A stretch of 38,159 nucleotides of DNA from an uncultured Rickettsiales bacterium (GCA_900549365.1 UROD01000002.1:1-38159); one strand, 5' to 3'. Counted from the stretch's first letter, positions 9,810-18,374 are shown. Notes: generated by a model not told the origin, from the letters alone. Translations and numbers: made by a program.

Positions 9810-10586
9810 ATGTTGATTGACAAGATAAAATATTTTTTCAAAACCGACAAAACAACACGTGCATATGATTTTGCACAATATCGCCAAATCAAGCGCGCCT
9901 GTGCAGAAAAACAGCGAGATGTTACAAATGCAATGTGTGAAGTTATGCATACAGAAAATTGCTTTTGGATTGAACCAGACGAATCGGATAGAAATATCGG
10001 GTTCTTGGTACCGCAACAGTGTTATACTAAATTCTGCCCACAGTTTAATGACACAAAACCATGCGTATGTACTGCGTGTCATGCGTATAAACTGAATAAA
10101 AAATTTTTTGATGTACGTGATGAATACGTAGCGTTATCTGATTCCAAATATTCTTTTTGGAAAAACGCCAGTCGTCGTACCCCAGAACAACGCGCTGCGC
10201 GCGCTGACGAGGCCCAGCGTGTATATGTAAAGCGTGAACGCGAATTGTCTGAAAAATGTGCCATTGCCGCCGAAAAACAGCGTGCGGCGCAGGATGCGAT
10301 TTGTACCCCATTGTTTGTACAATCAGACACCCCACGGCGTGAAAGAGAAAACTGCTTGCAAGATGTACATTATGACTCGATGTCTTATTGCGCAGATTAC
10401 GACCATGGTTTAGACATCAATGTTGTAGAATCATGTAAACATTTCAACCCAGACAGTGTTTGCAGCCAAGAAAAATGCCCGTATCATATCAATAACAAAA
10501 ATATGATTCAAGCAACCAAAGAATTCAAAGACGCCCAGCGTGAATACCGTAATTTCACGGGTAAAGTATGGGAAAAATCAAAATGA
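9810..10586 (+). CDS. small Cys-motif protein, array member 4 (fusion of two repeat units)
   Basis: 258 aa. Unit a runs from MLIDKIKYFFKT to CPQFNDTKPCVCTAC and SFW. Unit b runs from TPEQRAARADEAQRVY to CKHFNPDSVCSQEKCPYH and KVW. Confidence 0.75.
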   Translation: MLIDKIKYFFKTDKTTRAYDFAQYRQIKRACAEKQRDVTNAMCEVMHTENCFWIEPDESDRNIGFLVPQQCYTKFCPQFNDTKPCVCTACHAYKLNKKFFDVRDEYVALSDSKYSFWKNASRRTPEQRAARADEAQRVYVKRERELSEKCAIAAEKQRAAQDAICTPLFVQSDTPRRERENCLQDVHYDSMSYCADYDHGLDINVVESCKHFNPDSVCSQEKCPYHINNKNMIQATKEFKDAQREYRNFTGKVWEKSK

Positions 10587-11011
10587 TAGATAAAATTCTG
10601 TATTATCTTAAAACCACACCTGAAAAACGTGCCGCAGACAGGGCGGAATATGATGCGTTGATACGAAAATATGAAAAACAATTGGGCAAGGTTGCGGCAA
10701 CAGAGGCGGCGTTGCACAGTCCTGTTTTGTCAGATGCCGAATTTCGCAATTCGGAAAAATTCTGCATTATGCACAGAACGGTGCGCGTAAATGATTATTT
10801 GAACGATTCGTTAAATGGTCATTTGCCAATGATGGCACAGGAACAAAGGTGTTCTTTGTATCGCCCGTACAAGGGGAATGGGGCGTGTTGGCGCGGCCTG
10901 TGTCCGTGTAATGCGAAAAATCTGGCGTATTTTGCCGCACGCAAGTATCAACAGAAACTGGAACATATGTTAGATATGTTCTGGGCCAAGAAATATGCGC
11001 GCGCCAGATAA
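10583..11011 (+). CDS. small Cys-motif protein, array member 5
   Basis: 142 aa from ATG 10583 (MIDKILYYLKTTPEKRAADRAEY), overlapping the member 4 stop as ATGA. C-x11-C-x4-C-P-C motif followed by MFWAKKY. Confidence 0.75.
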   Translation: MIDKILYYLKTTPEKRAADRAEYDALIRKYEKQLGKVAATEAALHSPVLSDAEFRNSEKFCIMHRTVRVNDYLNDSLNGHLPMMAQEQRCSLYRPYKGNGACWRGLCPCNAKNLAYFAARKYQQKLEHMLDMFWAKKYARAR

Positions 11012-11028
11012 TATCGGGATAATAAATT

Positions 11029-11391
11029 ATGTTGTTAAAAAAAGTAAAATATTATTTGAAAACATCGGAAACGCAGCGCGCGCTTGATGCCCAAGATGGC
11101 GCAGATTTGGCACGCGAATATGTTGCCATAAAAACAAAGCGTGATGCGGCGTTTCAAAAAATATCGTGGGTATTATCATGTGATGATATGAACGTTGGTT
11201 TGAACTGCGTAAAGCAGGGGGTGTTCAGGGAATATTATTGTCCGGACTTTTCACCAGATGTGCCATGTAATAATCCTGCGTGTAGATTGCGTGATGCCAA
11301 TAATCAATATGTTAAATGCAATCAAGAATTTCAGATTGCACGCGCAAAGTTAGATGAGTTTTGGGCTGAAAAATACAACAAGGTAAAATAA
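11029..11391 (+). CDS. small Cys-motif protein, array member 6
   Basis: 120 aa. N-terminus MLLKKVKYYLKTSETQRALD. CPDFSPDVPCNNPAC motif followed by EFWAEKY. Confidence 0.75.
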   Translation: MLLKKVKYYLKTSETQRALDAQDGADLAREYVAIKTKRDAAFQKISWVLSCDDMNVGLNCVKQGVFREYYCPDFSPDVPCNNPACRLRDANNQYVKCNQEFQIARAKLDEFWAEKYNKVK

Positions 11392-11392
11392 T

Positions 11393-11782
11393 ATGTTCGC
11401 GAAAATAAAATATTTATTGAATACCACACCCGCACAACGTGCGGCAGACAAGGCAGAATATGATGCGCTGAATTATCAGTGCGATAAATTGTATCATGCG
11501 CGTGAATTGGCGTACGATGCAATTTGCAAGTGTGCGCAACCTGATGCAGATTTGTGGAATGTTTTGGCATGTGTAAAACAGCAGCGGGTGGATTTCTATG
11601 AACGCGCGTCGTTTTGGCATCAAGAAGAGTGCGAACATTTTTCATTTTTACGCCCATGCAAAAACGGAAAGTGCCCCAAGGTTTTGGCAAATCATTTATA
11701 TATATCACGTAATAATGACTATGAACGTGCATTGAATAAATTGAATGATTTTTGGTCAGAAAAATACAAACGGGTAAAATAA
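11393..11782 (+). CDS. small Cys-motif protein, array member 7
   Basis: 129 aa; 1-nt gap after member 6. N-terminus MFAKIKYLLNTTPAQRAADKAEY. CEHFSFLRPCKNGKCP motif followed by DFWSEKY. Confidence 0.75.
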   Translation: MFAKIKYLLNTTPAQRAADKAEYDALNYQCDKLYHARELAYDAICKCAQPDADLWNVLACVKQQRVDFYERASFWHQEECEHFSFLRPCKNGKCPKVLANHLYISRNNDYERALNKLNDFWSEKYKRVK

Positions 11783-11783
11783 T

Positions 11784-12206
11784 ATGTTTGAAAAGATAAA
11801 ATATTACATCAACACAACATCAGCCCAGCGTGCATTATATTCGGCGGAATATAATGAATTGGCACATCGTGCGTCCAAGGCGAAATGTGACATGGATTAT
11901 GCGTATGATGCGCTGGTCAGGGACGTGCCAGTTGATAAATCATTTTATTCTGTGTGCGGGTGTATGAAGGTTATGGAAATTCCGCCGGTCACGTTTGCTG
12001 ATGTTTTAAATGCGCTGACATGCCCCAACGGCCCTGTAATTTTACGTAATGAATGTTGGTATTACAATCCGTCGCGGTCATGTAATCAGCGCGCGTGTCC
12101 ATATCACGACAGAAATCAAAATTATTTTGTAAAACGCGAAATTTACCGTGCGGCGTGCGCGGTTCGGAACAGATACTGGCCAAATCTGTACGCGAAAATC
12201 AAATAA
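11784..12206 (+). CDS. small Cys-motif protein, array member 8
   Basis: 140 aa; 1-nt gap after member 7. N-terminus MFEKIKYYINTTSAQRALYSAEY. CWYYNPSRSCNQRACPYH motif followed by RYWPNLY. Confidence 0.75.
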   Translation: MFEKIKYYINTTSAQRALYSAEYNELAHRASKAKCDMDYAYDALVRDVPVDKSFYSVCGCMKVMEIPPVTFADVLNALTCPNGPVILRNECWYYNPSRSCNQRACPYHDRNQNYFVKREIYRAACAVRNRYWPNLYAKIK

Positions 12207-12244
12207 GGTTAGATGCAGGTAAAAAACAGAATAGGGGGCGCATC

Positions 12245-13243
12245 ATGGCACATCAGTTCTTTTTTAATCCGTTTATTTTGGATAATTTGCCTGCGCCCAG
12301 TACTGGGTTTGATGTTGTTCAGGATTTATCCGAACCGCGTTTGCGTATGTATATTACCAGTCGCGGGGTAAAAACATTTTTTGTGCGTCATCGCAGCCAC
12401 GGTCGTGACAAGCGTATAATTATTGGCAATTACCCAAATATGGATATCGAAGATGCGCGCGCCGCGGTGGCAGATGCACTGGTGCGTGCGGATGCACCAA
12501 AAAATAACAAGCGTCGGAAAATCAAATTCAAAAAATTTATTGATATATATATGGCGGCGCGCGTGCGTCGTGGGGCGGCATCGCGTGAAAAATTGGTGCG
12601 TTCTATCAATCGGCACTTGTCAGGATTGTTTGATAAAAATATTGCCGATATAACGCGTGATGATTGCGTTGCGGTAATTGATGGTATCAGTGGCGCGGCA
12701 ATTCGTGGTCGCATGCAGGAATTATTACAGAGTATGTTTTCATACGCTTGTGATGAAGGATATGTGCCCATCAATCCCATTGACGATTTGCCCAAGGTTG
12801 TTCAAACGCGTCGTGTGCGTCCATTAAATCGTACCAGTTTTTATCGCTTGGTGCGGGCGATTAAATCGGTTAAATCGCCAAATATGCGTGCGGCATTTTT
12901 TATGTTGGTGTATGGGTTCGCGCCGAAATCGCACATCTTTGCAATGCAATGGCGGGACTTGGATTTCAATCATTACACATGGTGCGACAGACCTTTGTCT
13001 GATGCGGCGGTTGTGTTATTACAGAATTTGCCCCAAAACGGTCGTTGGGTTTTTGCGGGACGTGGGCGTGGGCATTTAACAGACCCGCGACGCGCGTGGC
13101 GTGCGGTTGCAAATGCCGCGGGCGTGCCAAATTTAACGATGGACGATGTGCATAAATTTTTGATGCGTCAACTGGTTTGGGCGTCTGACCGCGAAGATTT
13201 ACGTACTAATATGAATAACCTGTTGACGGAATTGATGGCATAA
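12245..13243 (+). CDS. P4-type phage-integrase-like protein (tyrosine-recombinase fold) with apparently degenerate catalytic residues
   Basis: 332 aa from ATG 12245 (SD aggggg). The N-terminus (LRMYITSRGVKTFFVRHRSHGRDKRIIIGNYPNMDIEDARAAV) resembles the arm-binding domain of P4-like integrases. The C-terminal domain is short and has no Tyr after the ..DDVHKF.. His. Confidence 0.7.
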   Translation: MAHQFFFNPFILDNLPAPSTGFDVVQDLSEPRLRMYITSRGVKTFFVRHRSHGRDKRIIIGNYPNMDIEDARAAVADALVRADAPKNNKRRKIKFKKFIDIYMAARVRRGAASREKLVRSINRHLSGLFDKNIADITRDDCVAVIDGISGAAIRGRMQELLQSMFSYACDEGYVPINPIDDLPKVVQTRRVRPLNRTSFYRLVRAIKSVKSPNMRAAFFMLVYGFAPKSHIFAMQWRDLDFNHYTWCDRPLSDAAVVLLQNLPQNGRWVFAGRGRGHLTDPRRAWRAVANAAGVPNLTMDDVHKFLMRQLVWASDREDLRTNMNNLLTELMA

Positions 13244-13247
13244 GCAC

Positions 13248-13263
13248 ACAAAAGTACTTTTGT
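13248..13263. promoter_or_regulatory. perfect 16-bp palindrome ACAAAAGTACTTTTGT
   Basis: Read directly from the sequence. It lies 5 nt after the integrase-like stop and about 30 nt upstream of the candidate acpP -35 element. Confidence 0.5.
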
Positions 13264-13293
13264 CAAGGTGTTGTTACCGTTTGTTATAATTTC

Positions 13294-13322
13294 TTGACAC
13301 TGGTGCTGTAAAATGATAGTTT
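13294..13322 (+). promoter_or_regulatory. candidate acpP promoter (TTGACA-17-TAGTTT)
   Basis: Consensus -35 hexamer. The -10 is weak but keeps T1, A2 and T6. It lies about 55 nt upstream of the acpP ATG. Confidence 0.4.
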
Positions 13323-13377
13323 TACATAATGACGTCCCAAAGTGGACAGCAAATTTAACCGAAACAAAGGATAAAAA

Positions 13378-13611
13378 ATGACAACTTTTGAAAAAGTAAA
13401 AAAAATCGTAGCTGAAAAACTGAATGTAAAAGAAGATACAATTACCGAAGCTTCTACATTCGTTAACGATTTGGGTGCTGATTCTTTGGATGTTGTGGAA
13501 TTCGTTATGGAAGTTGAAAAGGAATTTGATATCACAATTCCAGACGAAGAAGCAGCGAAATTGAATACAGTTGGTGATGCTGTCAAATATATTGAAGCGC
13601 ACCAGAAATAA
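13378..13611 (+). CDS. acpP: acyl carrier protein
   Basis: 77 aa with the phosphopantetheine-attachment motif [21 protein letters not shown]. Confidence 0.97.
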   Translation: MTTFEKVKKIVAEKLNVKEDTITEASTFVNDLGADSLDVVEFVMEVEKEFDITIPDEEAAKLNTVGDAVKYIEAHQK

Positions 13612-13631
13612 TCCCGCGTTTCTGTAATTAA

Positions 13632-13665
13632 ATCCGTCGTGCAAATTTGCCGGCGGATTTTTTTA
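13632..13665 (+). terminator. rho-independent terminator or attenuator after acpP
   Basis: Stem atccgtcg/cggcggat (one G-U pair) followed by a T7 run. Confidence 0.75.
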
Positions 13666-13730
13666 CTGTATTTTGTTGCATAAACGGTCTATGATATGGG
13701 AGCAAGTTAAACTCTGACAAAGGAAAAATT

Positions 13731-14981
13731 ATGAGAAGAGTAGTTATTACCGGTATGGGTATTGTTTCGCCGGTTGGCACAGGAATTGAATACGCATGGA
13801 AAAATGTGGTTGCGGGTAATTCTGGGATTCGCAAAATAGATACGTTTGATGCATCTGAACTGGCAACACAAATTGCTGGTATTCCCGTACATGGGACGGA
13901 CGCCGGCCAATATAATCCAGAGGCCGTATTGGAACCGCGTGAAATGCGCAAGATGGACAAGTCAATCGCATACGGCGTTGTTGCCGCGGACGAGGCGTTG
14001 CGTGATGCGGGTCTGATTGACTATGATGGCGACAAAGAAAGAATTGGTGTTTCTATTGGTGCCGGTATTGGTGGGTTGACGTCAATATATGAAAACTGTT
14101 TGGAATTGTTTAATGGTGGTCCACGTCGTATCAGTCCGTTCTTTATTCCAAAATCCATCATCAATATGACTGCGGGGCACGTTTCTATCAAGTATGGATT
14201 AAAGGGTCCAAATTTGGCGGTTGTGACGGCGTGCGCAACAGGGGCGCATTCCATTGGCGAAGCGGCGCGTTTAATCCAGCACGGTGATGCAGATATTATG
14301 GTCGCAGGTGGAACCGAGGGCGCGATTGATAAAATCGGTATTGCGGGCTTTAACGCTATGAAGGCATTGTCAACCCGTAATGATAATCCGGCTGCTGCGT
14401 CGCGTCCGTGGGACAAAGACCGTGATGGTTTCGTTATGTCCGAAGGGGCCGGTGTCCTGATTTTGGAAGAATATGAACACGCGGTTGCCCGTGGTGCAAA
14501 GATTTATGCAGAGGTTGCAGGTTATGGTCTGTCTGGTGATGCATATCATATCACCGCCCCCGCGCCAGATGGCGAGGGCGGTTTCCGTGCAATGCGTGCG
14601 GCGTTGCATGATGCTGGATTGACGCCTGCTGATGTTGACTATGTCAATGCGCACGGTACGTCAACTGGGTTGGGCGACGTTGGTGAATTGGCCGCTGTTA
14701 AAAAGATGTTTGCTGGCGAGAAGGCATGTATGTCTTCAACAAAATCTGTGACCGGACATTTGTTGGGGGCGGCAGGCGCAGTCGAAGCGATATTCTGTGC
14801 GCTGGCGATTCGTGATGGCGTTGTACCACCAACAATCAATCTGGAAAATCCAGAAGAAGCCGTTGGCGATTTTGATTTGGTGCCGAACGTTGCCAAACAT
14901 CGTAATGTTGATGTCGCAATCAGCAACAGTTTTGGCTTTGGCGGAACAAACGCCAGTTTGGTATTGAAAAAAGTGAAATAA
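13731..14981 (+). CDS. fabF: 3-oxoacyl-ACP synthase II
   Basis: 416 aa. Active-site Cys in VTACATGAHSIG, His motifs (..YHITAP.., NAHGTSTGLGD) and the SFGFGGTNASLVLKK C-terminus. Located directly downstream of acpP. Confidence 0.95.
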   Translation: MRRVVITGMGIVSPVGTGIEYAWKNVVAGNSGIRKIDTFDASELATQIAGIPVHGTDAGQYNPEAVLEPREMRKMDKSIAYGVVAADEALRDAGLIDYDGDKERIGVSIGAGIGGLTSIYENCLELFNGGPRRISPFFIPKSIINMTAGHVSIKYGLKGPNLAVVTACATGAHSIGEAARLIQHGDADIMVAGGTEGAIDKIGIAGFNAMKALSTRNDNPAAASRPWDKDRDGFVMSEGAGVLILEEYEHAVARGAKIYAEVAGYGLSGDAYHITAPAPDGEGGFRAMRAALHDAGLTPADVDYVNAHGTSTGLGDVGELAAVKKMFAGEKACMSSTKSVTGHLLGAAGAVEAIFCALAIRDGVVPPTINLENPEEAVGDFDLVPNVAKHRNVDVAISNSFGFGGTNASLVLKKVK

Positions 14982-14984
14982 AAA

Positions 14985-15008
14985 ATGGGGCATTCGCCCC
15001 GTTTTTTA
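14985..15008 (+). terminator. rho-independent terminator after fabF
   Basis: Stem ggggc/gcccc with loop attc, followed by gtttttt. Confidence 0.8.
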
Positions 15009-15039
15009 TTAGAGCATAGATAATAGATTCGTGCAAAAC

Positions 15040-15071
15040 AAAAAACACCACAAAAGTGGTGCTTTTTATTT
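15040..15071. terminator. bidirectional terminator hairpin abutting the duplicated tRNA-Pro 3' fragment
   Basis: Stem caccac/gtggtg with loop aaaa, flanked by an A-run on the left and a T-run on the right. Confidence 0.65.
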
Positions 15072-15090
15072 TGGTCGGAGTGACTGGGTT
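15072..15090 (-). repeat. 19-nt exact duplicate of the tRNA-Pro 3' end (T-loop through CCA), att-like
   Basis: tggtcggagtgactgggtt is identical to 15276..15294. The sequences diverge immediately afterwards (gtaatt versus cgaacc). Confidence 0.9.
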
Positions 15091-15235
15091 GTAATTCCCA
15101 CCGCAATGCGGCGGGCCATTTCGTTTGACCTACGGTCTACACGTAACCTGCGGTTTCACTGCGCGGCAATGTGTTGCCGCTTGTTCCGAACCAAACATTA
15201 TTTCATAATGTGTGGTCGAACTGCGCAATTCCGCC

Positions 15236-15275
15236 CACAAAAAATACCATGCTGTTTTTGCATGGTATATTTTTC
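15236..15275 (-). terminator. terminator hairpin directly downstream of tRNA-Pro
   Basis: 9-bp stem ataccatgc/gcatggtat. A T-run follows on the - strand and a T-rich stretch on the + strand. Confidence 0.7.
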
Positions 15276-15352
<77 letters not shown>

Positions 15353-15364
15353 AAAACAACTGCA

Positions 15365-15392
15365 TTTTTACAAGACGGTGCAGATTATGCAA
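15365..15392 (-). promoter_or_regulatory. candidate promoter for tRNA-Pro (TTGCAT-16-TAAAAA on the - strand)
   Basis: Hexamers read on the reverse complement. The -10 element ends about 12 nt upstream of the mature tRNA 5' end. Confidence 0.35.
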
Positions 15393-15492
15393 CGAACAGG
15401 TGGAAAAAGCAATATCTTTTATTTCTCTTTTATACTTGTAAATATCAAAATTTTTGCCATATTTTATCAGGTATCAAAGAAAGGAAAAAACT

Positions 15493-17172
15493 ATGTTCGC
15501 GTTACGTTTTTTGTCCAAGGACAAATTTGACAGCTATGAGGATTATCGTAAAAACGCTGTGCCGCATGTCCCAGACAATTTTAATTTTGCATATGATGTT
15601 ATAGATGTTATCGCCGCCGAAGATCCGGACAAGGTTGCTTTGTTGTGGACAAATGATTTGGGTGAAAAAAAGACATTTACATTTCGTGATTTGTCGCTGA
15701 TGTCAAATTCGGTTGCGAATTTCTTGGTGTCCCGTGGTTTGAAAAAGGGGGACACAGCGTTGTTATTTATGCGTCGTCGCTGGGAATACTGGGTTCTGAT
15801 GATGGCTATGCACAAGGTTGGGGCGATTCCTATTCCATCAACCAACCAGTTAAAGGCCGAAGATATCAAATATCGTATTGATACGGCGGGTGTTGGGACA
15901 ATTATTGCATTTGATGATGGTACGGTAATGAATGAAATCCGTAATGCCATTGGTGATTCCGCGGTTCAGTTGATTTCAAATGATGAAATTGCACGCGCCG
16001 TTACAACAGAATCAACCGAGTTTGCGCGTGTGCCAAACGAGAACAACGATACAATGGTAATTTATTTTACCAGTGGCACGACAGATTTACCAAAGATGGT
16101 CGCGCACGATTATACATACCCATTGGGGCATATCAACACGGCCGTATTTTGGCAGCGTCTGCGTGATGGCGATATTCATTTGACGGTTTCTGAATCTGGT
16201 TGGGCAAAGTGTTCGTGGGGCAAGATGTACGGTCAATGGATGGCGGGTGCGATTGTATTTGTGTACGATTTTTCTGGGATTGCCACAGCGCATGATTTAT
16301 TGACTGCGGTGTCTGAAAATCATGTTACGTCATTCTGTGCACCACCAACCGCGTACAAGATGTTGATACATGGCGATTTGTCCAAATATGATTTGTCGTC
16401 ATTAAATAAAGTCGATATCGCGGGCGAGGCATTGAATCCAGAGGTCTACTATAAATTCTTGGAACAGACGGGAATTAAACTGCGCGAAGGATTTGGTCAG
16501 ACCGAAACATGCGTCATGTTGTTCACCAATGAATGGATTGAACCGAAACCAGGCAGCATGGGTATGCCTGCTGCGGGTTGGGATATTCAGTTATTGGACG
16601 AACGTGGTCGTCCTGTCCCAGATGACACCGTTGGTGAAATCTGTGTTTCGTTAAAGAATGGCAAACCATTAGGATTGTTCAAGGGGTATCACAATGCGGA
16701 AAAATTGACCGCGGCGGCGTTTCGTGATGATGTTTATCATACGGGTGATGTTGCGTATCGTGATTCAGATGGATATTTCTGGTTTGTGGGACGCAATGAT
16801 GATTTGATTAAAACATCTGGGTATCGCGTCAGCCCATTTGAAGTAGAATCTGTTTTAATAGAACATCCTGCCGTGCGCGAGGTTGCCGTTACCGGTATCC
16901 CAGATGCGTCGCGTGGTATGGCGGTCAAGGCAACGATTGTCCTGAATAAATATTTTCAGCCAACTGAATTTCTGAAAGGGCAATTACAACAACATGTTCG
17001 TAATCGTACCGCACCGTACAAGTGTCCACGTGTGATTGAATTTGTAGACAGTTTGCCAATGACCATCAGTGGCAAAATCAAACGTGCGCTGATACGTACA
17101 ATTGACAGTACGAAAAACACACTGATTGACCCAATCAAAACCACTATTTTGGGTAAAGACGAAGAAAAATAG
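15493..17172 (+). CDS. AMP-forming acyl-CoA synthetase (medium-chain/acetyl-CoA-synthetase-like adenylate-forming enzyme)
   Basis: 559 aa from ATG 15493 (SD aaagga; the track start at 15454 is a TTG). AMP-binding motif YFTSGTTDLPKMV, plus GYRVSPFEVES and PMTISGKIKR C-terminal motifs. Confidence 0.88.
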   Translation: MFALRFLSKDKFDSYEDYRKNAVPHVPDNFNFAYDVIDVIAAEDPDKVALLWTNDLGEKKTFTFRDLSLMSNSVANFLVSRGLKKGDTALLFMRRRWEYWVLMMAMHKVGAIPIPSTNQLKAEDIKYRIDTAGVGTIIAFDDGTVMNEIRNAIGDSAVQLISNDEIARAVTTESTEFARVPNENNDTMVIYFTSGTTDLPKMVAHDYTYPLGHINTAVFWQRLRDGDIHLTVSESGWAKCSWGKMYGQWMAGAIVFVYDFSGIATAHDLLTAVSENHVTSFCAPPTAYKMLIHGDLSKYDLSSLNKVDIAGEALNPEVYYKFLEQTGIKLREGFGQTETCVMLFTNEWIEPKPGSMGMPAAGWDIQLLDERGRPVPDDTVGEICVSLKNGKPLGLFKGYHNAEKLTAAAFRDDVYHTGDVAYRDSDGYFWFVGRNDDLIKTSGYRVSPFEVESVLIEHPAVREVAVTGIPDASRGMAVKATIVLNKYFQPTEFLKGQLQQHVRNRTAPYKCPRVIEFVDSLPMTISGKIKRALIRTIDSTKNTLIDPIKTTILGKDEEK

Positions 17173-17182
17173 CGGGCGCGTA

Positions 17183-18199
17183 ATGAAACGAACCAGACGA
17201 CGTTGTTTTAACGATTTGACGAAAATGGGGTTGACGATTGCCGCGCTGGTAATCGTTGGGTGCGTGTATTCGTTCGGTATAAAATCGCCGATTCGCAATG
17301 CGACAACATTTACATTGGCGCGTGGTGCATCGGTGTCGTCGGTTGCGGCATCGTTGTACGCTGGTGGTTTGATTACATCACCTGATGCGTTCAAATTTGC
17401 GGTGCGTATGCATGGGGGCAAAATTCAATCGGGGCGTTATGACATTCCGCGTCGCACCAGTGTGTGGCGTATTGCACATATGTTTGCAACGGGCGATGTT
17501 GCCGCAACAGTTGTTGTCATACCAGAGGGGTTGACCATTAAACAAATCAAGCAATTGTTGCTGACGCAACCTGATTTGTCGGGTGGGGTTGAATGCAGGG
17601 CAGGGCGCAGTGACGCTGTATGCAATTTGCATGATGGTGATATATTCCCCGATTCGTATCGTGTGGCAACCGGCACGTCGCGATTGGCGGTATTAGAACT
17701 GGCACGCAAAAAGATGGCCGGTATTGAGGATGCGTGGGCGCGCGCGGGACGCATTATGCCATCGCCGTTACGCAGTTGGAATGATGTTGTGACATTGGCG
17801 TCAATTGTCCAGAAAGAAACCCCGCGCGAATCGGAAATGCCAATTGTAGCCAGTGTGTATTTGAATCGTCTGCGCAAAAATATGCGATTACAGGCCGATC
17901 CAACCGTTGTTTATGCGCTGACAAATGGTTTGGGCGATATGCAGGGGGCGGCATTGTTGCGTGGGCACTTGCGCGTGGATAGTCCTTACAACACATACAC
18001 GCATGGTGGGTTGCCACCAGCACCGATTGCCAATGTCGGTCAGGCGGCGATTCGCGCTGTATTGCGTCCGGCAGATACTAACTATCTGTATTTTGTCGCA
18101 GATGGACGTGGTGGACACAAGTTTGCAAATTCATATGACGAACATATTAGAAATCACGCTGACTGGCGCGAGATAAAAAAATTACGTAACGGGCAGTAA
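17183..18199 (+). CDS. mltG: endolytic murein transglycosylase MltG (YceG-like)
   Basis: 338 aa from ATG 17183 with an N-terminal TM anchor (LTIAALVIVGCVY). YLNRL..LQADPTVVY and SPYNTYTHGGLPPAPIANVG are the YceG signature. Confidence 0.9.
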   Translation: MKRTRRRCFNDLTKMGLTIAALVIVGCVYSFGIKSPIRNATTFTLARGASVSSVAASLYAGGLITSPDAFKFAVRMHGGKIQSGRYDIPRRTSVWRIAHMFATGDVAATVVVIPEGLTIKQIKQLLLTQPDLSGGVECRAGRSDAVCNLHDGDIFPDSYRVATGTSRLAVLELARKKMAGIEDAWARAGRIMPSPLRSWNDVVTLASIVQKETPRESEMPIVASVYLNRLRKNMRLQADPTVVYALTNGLGDMQGAALLRGHLRVDSPYNTYTHGGLPPAPIANVGQAAIRAVLRPADTNYLYFVADGRGGHKFANSYDEHIRNHADWREIKKLRNGQ

Positions 18200-18266
18200 A
18201 AAGACGTCATTTGTTAATTTTTTTAATAATTTATTTTTTATAATAAAATGCTGTTTTTGATAAATA

Positions 18267-18291
18267 AAACGCCCAGATTTCTGGGCGTTTT
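18267..18291 (+). terminator. rho-independent terminator after mltG
   Basis: Stem aaacgcccag/ctgggcgttt with loop attt, followed by a T-rich tail. Confidence 0.8.
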
Positions 18292-18374
18292 AATGTTTTT
18301 TTGTGGAATCAAATCCGAATCGCGAACGCGCGTATTATAGCATATTTTTGGGGCTGGTGCAAAAATCTTTGCGG

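Noticed and set aside
8568-13243. Integron-like or recombinase-associated cassette array
   Set aside because: The spacers are at most 17 nt and contain no attC-like or other recurring recombination repeats. All cassettes are paralogs of one family, and the recombinase-like gene appears to lack its nucleophile. The analogy stays a loose hypothesis only.
15091-15240. Possible second RNA gene (disrupted tRNA, tmRNA or SRP RNA) ending in the duplicated ..CACTCCGACCA
   Set aside because: No 5' acceptor strand (CGGAGTG) is available to pair with the 3' end. There is no G3:U70 or tag-reading frame as tmRNA would require. The GGAA-containing segment does not close as an SRP helix 8. No D arm or anticodon arm can be drawn. 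An att-type duplication explains the segment better. A covariance-model scan would settle it.
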